A stretch of DNA of 40,176 nucleotides from Chthoniobacterales bacterium (GTDB lineage Bacteria > Verrucomicrobiota > Verrucomicrobiia > Chthoniobacterales > JAFAMB01): the NCBI GenBank assembly GCA_035710445.1, contig DASTDH010000160.1:1-40176 (forward strand), in the 5' to 3' direction. The notes below the pieces were generated by a model. That model ran no database searches. It saw only the letters and a list, made by a program, of their open reading frames with translations, and had not been told where the DNA came from. This document shows positions 26,297 to 35,476 of the stretch, piece after piece (within the stretch, counting starts at the first letter, position 1; every line of letters begins with the position of its first letter). The position numbers and the translations under genes are program-made.

Positions 26297-27162
26297 CTTT
26301 TCGTGCAACCCAGCATTCGTCGGATCCACTTCTGCCGAGCTCACGAATGGACCCGACCGGCCGCCTCATCAAACGCACCACTACACGAAAGAATCTCATC
26401 GGCATCCTCTATACCCTCGCTGGCCTGGGCCTCTTCATTGTGGCTTGGTGGTACGCCGCGAGCCAGCTTCCCAGGAGCCGGCTGGTTACGCCGCTTGAAG
26501 CCGGAACCGATATTTGGATCAATTTTCTGTATTCACGTCGTCTTGCTGTCTTTGGCTTGGGCAAGGTAGGCTACGGCTCGCTATTGCTTTATACGGTCGG
26601 CAACGTGCTCACCGGGCTCGCAGCCGGCGGGGCGATCGGTATATTTATTGGAACCGCTAGCACGCGATTGCGTCTCCTCCGGCTATTCGTAGACCCCGTT
26701 GTCCTGGTTCTAGGAACCGTACCCGTCCTAGTGGCCGCACCGCTTTTCCTCCTTTGGTTTGGAGTCGTCCCATTCACGCAGGTCTTGCTCGTCGCCTTTT
26801 ACAGTGCGGTCATGATGGTTCTGTTTAGCCAGCGAGCGGCGGAAAACATAGATCCGGTTTATGAGCGCTGGGCCACGACTTTCGGCGCAGGAATCGCTGT
26901 TCGAATCCGTCATATCCTCATTCCTGGCACAGTCCCCGAGATCATTGGCGGCTTGCGTATTACGCTGGCGAGCGCTTGGGGCCTTGAGGTCTTCGCGGAA
27001 ATTCTGGGCGCTCCGAGCGGTATGGGCCAGGCAATAAAGGCATTTACCAACCTCAATAATGTATCCGGCCTTCTTGCCTGCGTCGTCATCGTGGCGGTAA
27101 CCGCTATAGTCACTGACATTCTCCTAGTCGCACTTGCGCGGCGAGTCACTGCGTGGGCGTAG
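26293..27162 (+). CDS. ABC transporter permease (NitT/TauT family)
   Basis: The ATGA overlaps the SBP stop (26293-26296). It has 6 TM helices and the family loop ASAWGLEVFAEILGAPSGMGQAI. Confidence 0.8.
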   Translation: MTFRATQHSSDPLLPSSRMDPTGRLIKRTTTRKNLIGILYTLAGLGLFIVAWWYAASQLPRSRLVTPLEAGTDIWINFLYSRRLAVFGLGKVGYGSLLLYTVGNVLTGLAAGGAIGIFIGTASTRLRLLRLFVDPVVLVLGTVPVLVAAPLFLLWFGVVPFTQVLLVAFYSAVMMVLFSQRAAENIDPVYERWATTFGAGIAVRIRHILIPGTVPEIIGGLRITLASAWGLEVFAEILGAPSGMGQAIKAFTNLNNVSGLLACVVIVAVTAIVTDILLVALARRVTAWA

Positions 27163-27164
27163 TC

Positions 27165-27929
27165 ATGGACCCCCAGAAACCCGCTCTTGCCGTTCAAGAC
27201 ATTGGGGTACGTTTTGTGCGCGCCGACGGCACCCCGGTTGTGGCCCTCGAAGGCGTGTCGCTTCAAGTTTTGCCGGGCGAATTTGTCTGCATACTAGGGC
27301 GCTCGGGCCACGGCAAAACGACGCTGCTCAATGTCGTCGCGGGATTGCTTAAGGCGCAGCGTGGAGAAGTGCGAGTGATGGATCAGCTGGTGACTGGTCC
27401 CGGCCCTGACCGGGGCGTCATTTTCCAGCAAGATGCCGTGTATCCTTGGATGCGAGTAGAGGACAACGTCGCTTTTGGCCTCAGGGTTCGCCATATCTCT
27501 AACCAGGAACGGTTGCGGATCGCGCGCGAACAGTTGGCACTGGTTGGCCTTTCCTCGGTGGCTCGCGCCTGGCCGCGCGAGTTATCGGGCGGCATGCGTG
27601 CCCGGGTTGCCATTGCCGCGGTCTTTGCCAATGATCCTCCTATCCTGCTGGCCGACGAGCCGTTCGGCGCGCTCGACTATGTGACCCGGCGTCAGCTTCA
27701 AGCGGTGATGCAAAATCTTTGGCGACGGACGGGGAAGACAGTCCTCTTCGTCACTCACGATGTGGACGAGGCTATGATGCTCGGGACGCGCGTCATTGTC
27801 GTAAAGAACGGTGGCATAGCAGAGGATCGACCGATCGATTTGCCAATGCCGCGGAGCGACGACGATGTCGCCACTGAAGCGGGGCTCGCGATTAAGCATC
27901 TACTGTTGCATCACATCGGGTTGGAATAA
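27165..27929 (+). CDS. ABC transporter ATP-binding protein (NitT/TauT family)
   Basis: Walker A GRSGHGKTT. Signature LSGGMRARVAIA. Walker B ILLADEPFGALD. H-loop VTHD. ATG lies 2 nt after the permease stop. Confidence 0.9.
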   Translation: MDPQKPALAVQDIGVRFVRADGTPVVALEGVSLQVLPGEFVCILGRSGHGKTTLLNVVAGLLKAQRGEVRVMDQLVTGPGPDRGVIFQQDAVYPWMRVEDNVAFGLRVRHISNQERLRIAREQLALVGLSSVARAWPRELSGGMRARVAIAAVFANDPPILLADEPFGALDYVTRRQLQAVMQNLWRRTGKTVLFVTHDVDEAMMLGTRVIVVKNGGIAEDRPIDLPMPRSDDDVATEAGLAIKHLLLHHIGLE

Positions 27930-27933
27930 GTAG

Positions 27934-28842
27934 ATGAAGATGAATATTCGAGTATCGGGCCCGCTCGGAGGTGTTACTGTTCTACTGGTCCTGGTTATCG
28001 CCTGGGAATTGCTTTCCTTCATCGTAACCGCCAAAGGCAGCTATGACGAGCCCTTGATCCCTGGCTGGGGCTATCTGGTCGGCAATTCGCTATTGCGCAT
28101 GTCAGATTATTGGGGCGGCGGATTTGGAGTGCCGGCTCCATCGGAAGGGGGCCCGCCCACTTACGCAGCCGCGTTTCTTGCGCTAGGCAGCGCATCCCTT
28201 GTCACTTTCCAGCGAGTACTTTTCGGCATCATGTTCGGAACGCTCGGCGGTATCAGCCTCGGGCTGCTTGTGGCGACCTTCGATGCGGCCCGCCGCCTGA
28301 TCGCGCCGACCGTACACATCGTCCGTATGACGCCCTTTTTGGCAATGATTCCGCTCTTCAATTTATGGTTTGGAGCAAACACTTTCGGGATCGTCTTGTT
28401 TGTCGCCTATGGTGTCGCAGTCATTATGTTCATCGGCACCGTGAACGCGGTTCGCAACGTGCCAAAAGTCTATTTCGAACGTGCGGCAACCGTGGGCGCG
28501 AGCCGAGCTACAGTGTTTCGCCACGTGGTCCTGCCGGCGATATTCCCGGAAATCCGCGCATCCTTCTTGCTCAGCTTTGGTCTTTCGTGGAGCCTCGTCG
28601 TCGGTGGCGAGCTGCTCGGAGCCCAGAGTGGTCTCGGCGTCATCGTGACTTACGCGTTGCAATTCGCCTATACCGGGCGGGTGATGATAATAGCGTTCCT
28701 ATTCGTCATCTATGCTGGACTCAGCTTCGCGCTCTTCGACGCGATCTCTCGCCGGATCATCGATTGGCATCCGCAGGTGGTGCAGAGACTGATTTCGGCA
28801 CAAGTAAGCCGACGCGGTGTAGTCGGCACCATCCGCCAGTGA
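27934..28842 (+). CDS. ABC transporter permease (NitT/TauT family), second subunit
   Basis: Polytopic. Paralogous loop SWSLVVGGELLGAQSGLGVIV. ATG lies 4 nt after the ATPase stop. Confidence 0.8.
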   Translation: MKMNIRVSGPLGGVTVLLVLVIAWELLSFIVTAKGSYDEPLIPGWGYLVGNSLLRMSDYWGGGFGVPAPSEGGPPTYAAAFLALGSASLVTFQRVLFGIMFGTLGGISLGLLVATFDAARRLIAPTVHIVRMTPFLAMIPLFNLWFGANTFGIVLFVAYGVAVIMFIGTVNAVRNVPKVYFERAATVGASRATVFRHVVLPAIFPEIRASFLLSFGLSWSLVVGGELLGAQSGLGVIVTYALQFAYTGRVMIIAFLFVIYAGLSFALFDAISRRIIDWHPQVVQRLISAQVSRRGVVGTIRQ

Positions 28843-28854
28843 ACGCCTGTCAAG

Positions 28855-28884
28855 AGACTTGAAAGCGTGGGTTGACTGGGACTC
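28855..28884 (-). repeat. Orphan inverted copy of the 3' end of tRNA-Lys plus part of its downstream flank (att-like remnant)
   Basis: 28867-28884 (gtgggttgactgggactc) is the exact reverse complement of 40102-40119 (T-loop/T-stem, acceptor 3' strand, discriminator, first C of CCA). 28855-28862 (agacttga) is the reverse complement of tcaagtct at 40128-40135, and a GCT also matches between the two blocks. No acceptor 5' strand, D arm or anticodon arm is present, so it is not a tRNA gene. Confidence 0.85.
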
Positions 28885-29110
28885 TCGCGAAGCCCAAAGC
28901 GATCTTTTGCCGGGCCCGTCTTTTCGGAAGCTCGGTTAGCACGCCCGGCGCTAGAGCAGTGGGTGGAATGGTTCGAGGAAACGAAATTCCTATCACGGAC
29001 GTGCGGCGGCAGGAACAGTAAATACGGCAAATCGGCCAAAAAACGGGCTGTCTTTCAAATCGTGTTGTCTAGTGCCTCTACTTCGGAACGATCGTCCGCC
29101 GAATGGAGAA

Positions 29111-29572
29111 ATGAACGAGTACTCTAAGAATCACCGACACGTTAGTGACCGCCGGCCGGAGAAGTCCCGCTTCTCGAAATGTTTGGTCGAACTCTGGCGC
29201 GATCTGCATGATGACCAGCATTGGAAGTATGAAGCATCTTCGCCGGTGCAAATACTCGAAAACTTGAAGCTGGATAGGTGCCAACAGAACCATGATGAAC
29301 TCGTGCGTGCCGAATGGTTCTGGAATCGCCGGCCACGCTTCCTTCGCGCGACCAGCTATGCGGTTTGGCTTTTGGCGGCTCTCGGGCTGCCATTCTGGCT
29401 TTTCATAATTCCTGCAATCGGAGTACCGCTGCTCATAATATCGGCGGTGGCGGTCGGTACCGAGATCGTGCAAAACGTGCGATGGCGACGCCAGTACGAA
29501 CTGAGTATCGATCGACTGGTCCGCGCTTCGGTAAGCGGTAAAGATACCTTCGGTGTGGATGCGTTCGCGTAG
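29111..29572 (+). CDS. Hypothetical membrane protein (two adjacent TM helices)
   Basis: Open frame with AVWLLAALGLPFWLFIIPAIGVPLLIISAVAVG. No family recognised. Start is ATG 29111 or GTG 29072. Convergent with the hybrid kinase gene. Confidence 0.35.
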   Translation: MNEYSKNHRHVSDRRPEKSRFSKCLVELWRDLHDDQHWKYEASSPVQILENLKLDRCQQNHDELVRAEWFWNRRPRFLRATSYAVWLLAALGLPFWLFIIPAIGVPLLIISAVAVGTEIVQNVRWRRQYELSIDRLVRASVSGKDTFGVDAFA

Positions 29573-29709
29573 ACCGGATCAACAACCGCTTCGTACGGTT
29601 CTGCCATGATCGCTTGGGAAGACCGTGCGCGGTCCCCTTCGGATAGCGCTTATTGGATTTCGCACCGAGCCAGATCCTTTTGTCCGTTGGAGCGGCACAA
29701 GAACGAAAA

Positions 29710-32073
29710 TCATTTTGGTTTTAATCGTCTTCGATAGTCGTCAACCGAAACAGTTAGTGACTCCTTTAGATCAGCGACCGCTCTCTGATCGACTTGAGAG
29801 CGTGACGATTTAGCGGCGTTCTCCACGACGTTGCAGAAATGGGCTACCCGCATCGCGCCGACGTATCCAGCGGCGGCCTTCAGCTTATGTGCCTCTGAGG
29901 CAAGGACATTCGGCTTGTCTACCAACTCAGGCAGCCGGCGGGCCAATCGTTCGGCTTGGACAATGAAGAGTTGTAGAACCTCGGTAACAAACTGATCAGG
30001 TTCATCAACTTCCATAAGTTCCCTTAATTGGCCCTCGTCACACACCGGCAAATCAGAGCCCGCCGCGGGCGAAGGTCGATCAGCCGATCCTGTTTTGCTG
30101 GTTGCTGTCAATACCTCTTTCAACTCATCCATGCCCACCGGTTTGGTGAGCTTATCATCCATACCGGCTCCGAGGCATCGTTCCCGTTCCTCGCTGAGAG
30201 CAGTCGCCGTGAGGCCGACGATTCGCGGTTGCCTGGAATTTGGTAATGAGAGACGAATCTGGTGGGTGGCCTGCAAACCGTCGACTCCAGGCATTTGTAC
30301 GTCCATCAAGATGAGGTCAAAGGCTTGGCTTTGCACGGCGGCGATTGCTTGGAGTCCGTCTTCGGCTTCCGAAATCTTCCGGACCCCAAGTTTTTGCAAC
30401 TGCGCGACGCAAACCCGGCGATTCACGGTGTTGTCATCCACCACCAGAATGTTGAGTCTGGAGAGAGTCGGATCTGGCTCCGAAACTGGTTCTGACAAAG
30501 CACCGGCGTCGTTGGTGTCGACTAACAATCCAACTGCGTGAAGGAAGTGGCGCTTTTTGAGTGGAAGCGACAGCACGGTGGCGCTCGGATAACGGTTCGC
30601 CAGTTCGGAGATGTTCTTGGAACGAGTAAGAAGAACGATTCCTGGGCCGACCTGCGGAATCCGAATCTCGCAGTGATCGGCGTCGATGACCAAGTAGTCC
30701 GGCGGAGGGCTATCGAGAGTTTCCGGTTGCTCGGATCGGACGGTGAATTCCGCGGCAAGCTCTTCCGCCCAAGTGGCCAGCAGTCGAGCGAGTCGGGTAT
30801 CCTGGACTACTGCAACCATCCGCTTGCCACTCAAATCCTCGGCTTTGTGAGAGGTTTCGATGTCGGCGCTGGGAAGTGAGATTACAAAATGAAATCGAGT
30901 ACCCTTCCCCTCCGTGCTTTCCACCCAAATCCGACCACCCATGATTGCGGTCAAGTTTTGACAGATTGATAGACCTAATCCCGTGCCGCCAAAACGTCGG
31001 TTAGTCGACGCGTCTACCTGGCTGAAGGCACGAAAAAGCCGATCGAGTTTGTCCGGTGGGATACCCACGCCAGTATCTTCCACGCAAAAATGTATCATCT
31101 CATCGCTACCAACCGAAGGCTCTACCTGTAGGTAGATTTCGCCGCCGGACGTGAACTTGATCGCGTTGTTCACCAGATTGAGGAGGATTTGCCTTACCCT
31201 GGTAATATCGCCGACAACCGTGCAAGGCGTCCGCGGGTCGATCCAAGCGCTGATTTCAAGCCCCTTATCGAATGCCATCGGTGCCAATAGATCCATCGCC
31301 TGATCGACTACGTCGCGGAGCGTAAAGTGAATTGACTCCAGTTCCAGTTTACCGGATTCGAACTTGGACAGATCCAGGATATCGTTGATGATGTGTAACA
31401 GAGTTCCCCCGCTCGTGTGAATGAGATTGACAAACTCGCGCTGACGAGCGTCGAGGCTCGTGTCAGAAAGGATCTCCGCCATCCCAAGAATCCCGATCAG
31501 TGGCGTCCGTACCTCATGGCTCACATTTGCGAAGAAGACCGATTTGAAACGAGTCGCATCCTCCAACTTTTGGTTGAGAAGCACTAACTCGCAGTTTTTC
31601 TCGGTCAGTTCCCGTTGACTCGCTTCGAGAGCCTGAAACGCTCGCTGTCGTTGCAATTCGTGGATGTACGCTTGTGAATGCAAACGCACTCGCGCGAGCA
31701 ATTCGATCCGGTGCGGCAATTTGACCATGTAATCGTTCGCTCCTGATTCAAACGCTATCCGTTTGATGGCGGGATCCTCTTTGCTGGAAAGGACAATGAC
31801 CGGAACCGCGCGGGTAAGCGGGTGCTTGCGATATTCTTTTAGCAGGTCGAGTCCGTTCGCCCCGGGCATCACGAGGTCCTGCAAGATCACAGTGGGACTG
31901 ATCTTGACGGCCGATTCGAGCGCTTCCTTGGGATCGCTTACGTAGTGGAAGGCGATCGCCGGATCGGCTTCCAGCATGCGTCGAACGCCCTCGGCCACCA
32001 TTGCTTGGTCATCTACTAATAACACCAAGATCTTCTCAGTCTCCTTCTTGATGTCTTTGATTGTCGAACTCAT
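29710..32073 (-). CDS. Hybrid sensor histidine kinase/response regulator: REC, coiled coil, HisKA, HATPase_c, receiver-like module, REC, Hpt (787 aa)
   Basis: N-REC (LVLLVDDQ...VILQDLVMPGANG...VLSSKED...DYMVKLP). H-box FFANVSHEVRTPL. N-box LLNLVNNAIKFT. G1 DTGVGIP. G2 GGTGLGLSI. C-REC (ILVVDDN...LILMDVQMPGVDG...LTATA...KLTKP). Hpt (ASEAHKLKAAAGYVG). There is no TM segment and no recognisable sensor domain other than the N-terminal receiver. Confidence 0.9.
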   Translation of the reverse strand: MSSTIKDIKKETEKILVLLVDDQAMVAEGVRRMLEADPAIAFHYVSDPKEALESAVKISPTVILQDLVMPGANGLDLLKEYRKHPLTRAVPVIVLSSKEDPAIKRIAFESGANDYMVKLPHRIELLARVRLHSQAYIHELQRQRAFQALEASQRELTEKNCELVLLNQKLEDATRFKSVFFANVSHEVRTPLIGILGMAEILSDTSLDARQREFVNLIHTSGGTLLHIINDILDLSKFESGKLELESIHFTLRDVVDQAMDLLAPMAFDKGLEISAWIDPRTPCTVVGDITRVRQILLNLVNNAIKFTSGGEIYLQVEPSVGSDEMIHFCVEDTGVGIPPDKLDRLFRAFSQVDASTNRRFGGTGLGLSICQNLTAIMGGRIWVESTEGKGTRFHFVISLPSADIETSHKAEDLSGKRMVAVVQDTRLARLLATWAEELAAEFTVRSEQPETLDSPPPDYLVIDADHCEIRIPQVGPGIVLLTRSKNISELANRYPSATVLSLPLKKRHFLHAVGLLVDTNDAGALSEPVSEPDPTLSRLNILVVDDNTVNRRVCVAQLQKLGVRKISEAEDGLQAIAAVQSQAFDLILMDVQMPGVDGLQATHQIRLSLPNSRQPRIVGLTATALSEERERCLGAGMDDKLTKPVGMDELKEVLTATSKTGSADRPSPAAGSDLPVCDEGQLRELMEVDEPDQFVTEVLQLFIVQAERLARRLPELVDKPNVLASEAHKLKAAAGYVGAMRVAHFCNVVENAAKSSRSQVDQRAVADLKESLTVSVDDYRRRLKPK

Positions 32074-32159
32074 TTGTCGCCGGTCGCTGATCGTTTATCG
32101 GCGGCACCTCTCAGGGCCCGCTGGCAACCTTCCGTTTCTGCCGGTAGCCTGTTTACCGA

Positions 32160-33194
32160 TCAGCGAACTCCTCTCTTGGAATCTGTTGCTCTCACTTCAG
32201 GACTAAAAAGTTCCCTCAGGCGTGGTCCAATCTTCTGCAGTGGTAAAATTTCACTCGCAGCGTTGATTGCGGCGGCAGCTTTCGGCATGCCGTACACCGC
32301 GCTGGTGCTTTGGTCCTGCGAAATGGTATGATGTCCGGCATCGCGCAAAGTTTTTAAACCTCGCGCACCGTCCCGACCCATTCCGGTCAAGAGGACGGCT
32401 GTAATTGGTCCTCGAAACAAGCGCGCTGCACTACCGAAGAACACATCGACGGAAGGGCGGTACGGATTTTCTTTCGGCTCGACGGTGTAGCCAAGTTCGT
32501 GGGAATTCTTGAAAACAAGATGATCTTCGCTCCCGGCGACAAAAACCTTGCCCGAACTCACTGCATCGCCTTCACAAGCCAAACGCACTGGTAACTTTGA
32601 ATACTCATTTAACCACTCTACCAGTCCCGGCGCGAACAGCTGGCCAATATGCTGAACGATGACAACGCCGGGAGAAAAATCTTCCGGCAGAGAGGACAGA
32701 ACCTCGACTAATGCAGCCGGGCCGCCCGCGGAGGCGCCAATTAGAATTAACTTGTTAGCTGTGCCTTCAACTTTTGGAACTATGTCACCGGCCACATGAT
32801 CCAAGCCGGCAATCTGACGCTCAATGCTCTTTATCTTCACCAGCAACGCCGGTCCGGTCTTTTGCGACGCAAAAGCCGTCGGGGTATGTATGGCGTCTAT
32901 CGCACCTGCGCTCAAAGCTTCAAAAACCTTGGCCGCATTTCCGGCAACGGTCGCTGTCACAATCAGTATCGGACAAGGCGTACGACTCATGATTCGACGA
33001 GTTGCTTCGGCCCCGTCCATGTATGGCATGATTAGATCCATCAAGACGAGTTCCGGCAAATCGCTTTCACATAGCTTGACGGCTTCTGCGCCGTCGCGTG
33101 CAATCCAGGCGATCTGATGCTCCACCGAAGAGCAGACGAGCCGGCGCAGCAATTCAGTTGCCATTGGCGAATCGTTCACGATGCCAATTCTCAT
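32160..33194 (-). CDS. cheB: Chemotaxis response regulator protein-glutamate methylesterase (WspF-like)
   Basis: REC (RIGIVNDS...LVLMDLIMPYMDG) plus the methylesterase domain (LILIGASAGGPAAL, VVIVQHI, GMGRDGA). The ATGA overlaps the cheA stop. Confidence 0.9.
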   Translation of the reverse strand: MRIGIVNDSPMATELLRRLVCSSVEHQIAWIARDGAEAVKLCESDLPELVLMDLIMPYMDGAEATRRIMSRTPCPILIVTATVAGNAAKVFEALSAGAIDAIHTPTAFASQKTGPALLVKIKSIERQIAGLDHVAGDIVPKVEGTANKLILIGASAGGPAALVEVLSSLPEDFSPGVVIVQHIGQLFAPGLVEWLNEYSKLPVRLACEGDAVSSGKVFVAGSEDHLVFKNSHELGYTVEPKENPYRPSVDVFFGSAARLFRGPITAVLLTGMGRDGARGLKTLRDAGHHTISQDQSTSAVYGMPKAAAAINAASEILPLQKIGPRLRELFSPEVRATDSKRGVR

Positions 33195-35476
33195 TCGGTC
33201 GCCTCGCCTATTAAGTTTACCACTGCCTGGAGTAACGCCTCGTCATGGAAACCTGCTTTGACCAGATAATAGTCTGCTCCGGCATCTAACCCGCGTTGTC
33301 GATCTTCTGCGCGATCCTTGTAGGAAACAATCATTACCGGGAGTGACTTCAGGTTTGAAGCCTTTTTGATGAGCGTCACCAACTCGATGCCATCCATGCG
33401 CGGCATATCAATATCGGTAATGACTAAGTCAAAGTGACCTGTCCGGGCAGCATTCCAGCCATCCATCCCATCGACGGCAACCTCGACTTCGTAGTGTCGA
33501 GTCTGCAAAAGCTTCTTCTCCAATTCACGGACCGTCAGTGAATCGTCCACCACCAATACACGCTTGGGTCTTTTTTGCGTCTCTTCGCGGCCCACATTTT
33601 GCACTGCACCCGAGGTCCCGGCTTCAATATTTTTTTCGATGGAGCGAATCAGATCCTCTACGTCTACGATCAAAACCGGTGAACCATCATCCAGAAGTGC
33701 TCCCGAACTGATATCCTTGATCTTTCCTAATCGCGGGTCCAACGGCCTTATTACGAGTTCCCGTTCACCAAGAAATTTCTCGGTGACGATGCCGTAACAA
33801 TTTGCTTGGTTGCCGACGACAACCACAGAGACCTGCTCGCTCGAGTAACTGTCTTCCCTACCTCCGAAAATCCGGTTAGCCGCGATGAGACCGATTTGGC
33901 GATCCTGGAAGCGAAAATGCTGCCGTCCCGCTGTAATCTGAATATCCTTTTTCGCCACTTTGAGCGCACGATTGATGTGCACCAGTGGAAAAGCATATGG
34001 CTCGTCGCCAATCTCAACAAGCAACGCTCTTACGATCGAGAGGGTCAAGGGTAGCTGCATCTGCAAGGTTGTTCCGCGACCGACGTCCGTCCAGATGCGG
34101 ATAGCGCCGCGTACCTCCCTGACTATTGCCTGAACCGCATCCAAACCGACTCCGCGGCCGGAAATCTCCGTAATCGTCTGCTTCATCGTGAAGCCGGGCA
34201 GCAGAAGAAACTCGAGCACTTCGCTATCGCTCATTTGTTCCGCCGCCTCTGGGGACGTGAGGTTCTTTTGGACGATAGTATTTCGTAATTCCGCCAGGTC
34301 GACTCCGCGGCCATCGTCGGAAATAGTAATTAGAAGATTGCCGGCACTATGTTGGGCCTCCAGCCGTATGTTACCCTCAACTGATTTACCTGCCACGCGG
34401 CGCACCTCGGGTAGCTCAATCCCGTGATCGATAGCGTTGCGCAAAAGATGGGTAAGCGGTGCTTCCAGCTTTTCCAGAATATCGCGATCGACGTAGGTGT
34501 CGGGGCCTCGTATTTCAAGCCTCACTTGTTTTCCGAGATCGCGCGCCAAATCGCGCACCATTCGCGGAAAACCGTGGATGCCGTCGGCAAACGGTCTCAT
34601 CCGACAGGCTAAGGCCTCGTCGTAGAGGCGATGCGAGAGATTGGCCGAACGCCGGTGGAAGCTCTCCAACTCGAGTAACCGTTCTGACAAGTCCTCGCGA
34701 CATCGCATCAATTGAGCCCGCGCTTGGGCAACTTGAACTTCTGCATGTTCGCCCACGTCCTCCAAGCTGAGCAACTCGCGAACTTGATCGAGTATTTGAG
34801 TCAACTCGTTATGCTGTCGCTTGATACGCAGCAACGACTCTAAAAAAGGAACCAACCGACGGGATTCGACCAGCGATTCACCGGTGAGTGCAAGAAGTCG
34901 ATTTAAATTTTCCGGAGTGACGCGCAAAAATCGCTGACGCTTCCGCTTGGCATCTTCGACATCGTTTGACGGCGAAGGGATTGCCGCCTGCGCCTTGGGC
35001 GTAATCGTCGCAGAACCATTGGCGTCCTCTGATTGCGACGACTCGGTGTCAGACGAGTCGTCAATTCGCAGCTTGGCGAGGGCTCCTAGAAGCTGTTGCA
35101 CCTCGGCCGCACGCTTCGATTTCTCTGTCTCGATTTCGTCATCTGGCGCTTGGGCGATTCGCTGTAGCAAATCCACACCGCGCAACAGCAGATCGACATG
35201 TTCGGGGAGCAGTACCAGCGATCCTTGCTGCGCCGCGACGAATACATCTTCCAACTCGTGCGCCACAGAGACCGCGGCGTCGCGATCTACCATCCGTGCG
35301 GCGCCTTTCAGCGAATGCGCCGCGCGCATCAGTGCTTCCAACCGCGATGCATCGGTTGGATCTGCCTCCAGCCCAAGCAAATTCTCCGTAAAGACAACGC
35401 TCTGGTTTTCCACCTCGAGCCGGAAAAGCTCGGTCATGGAAAACTCGCTCAAATCATTTGGATCTTTTGCGCTCAC
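33191..35476 (-). CDS. cheA: CheA-type histidine kinase with a C-terminal receiver (WspE-like CheA/CheY hybrid)
   Basis: Hpt (AAHSLKGAARMV). N-box HLLRNAIDHGIE. G1 DDGRGVD. G2 SGRGVGLDAV. CheW-like domain. C-terminal REC (VLVVDDS...LVITDIDMPRMDG...VSYKD...YYLVKAG). The GTG start overlaps the upstream cheW stop (GTGA). Confidence 0.9.
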   Translation of the reverse strand: MSAKDPNDLSEFSMTELFRLEVENQSVVFTENLLGLEADPTDASRLEALMRAAHSLKGAARMVDRDAAVSVAHELEDVFVAAQQGSLVLLPEHVDLLLRGVDLLQRIAQAPDDEIETEKSKRAAEVQQLLGALAKLRIDDSSDTESSQSEDANGSATITPKAQAAIPSPSNDVEDAKRKRQRFLRVTPENLNRLLALTGESLVESRRLVPFLESLLRIKRQHNELTQILDQVRELLSLEDVGEHAEVQVAQARAQLMRCREDLSERLLELESFHRRSANLSHRLYDEALACRMRPFADGIHGFPRMVRDLARDLGKQVRLEIRGPDTYVDRDILEKLEAPLTHLLRNAIDHGIELPEVRRVAGKSVEGNIRLEAQHSAGNLLITISDDGRGVDLAELRNTIVQKNLTSPEAAEQMSDSEVLEFLLLPGFTMKQTITEISGRGVGLDAVQAIVREVRGAIRIWTDVGRGTTLQMQLPLTLSIVRALLVEIGDEPYAFPLVHINRALKVAKKDIQITAGRQHFRFQDRQIGLIAANRIFGGREDSYSSEQVSVVVVGNQANCYGIVTEKFLGERELVIRPLDPRLGKIKDISSGALLDDGSPVLIVDVEDLIRSIEKNIEAGTSGAVQNVGREETQKRPKRVLVVDDSLTVRELEKKLLQTRHYEVEVAVDGMDGWNAARTGHFDLVITDIDMPRMDGIELVTLIKKASNLKSLPVMIVSYKDRAEDRQRGLDAGADYYLVKAGFHDEALLQAVVNLIGEATE

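Noticed and set aside
28110-28862. 250-aa Arg/Pro/Ser-rich ORF in a second frame of the last permease gene
   Set aside because: Composition is typical of an out-of-frame read of GC-rich coding DNA. The other frame encodes a clear TauC-like permease.
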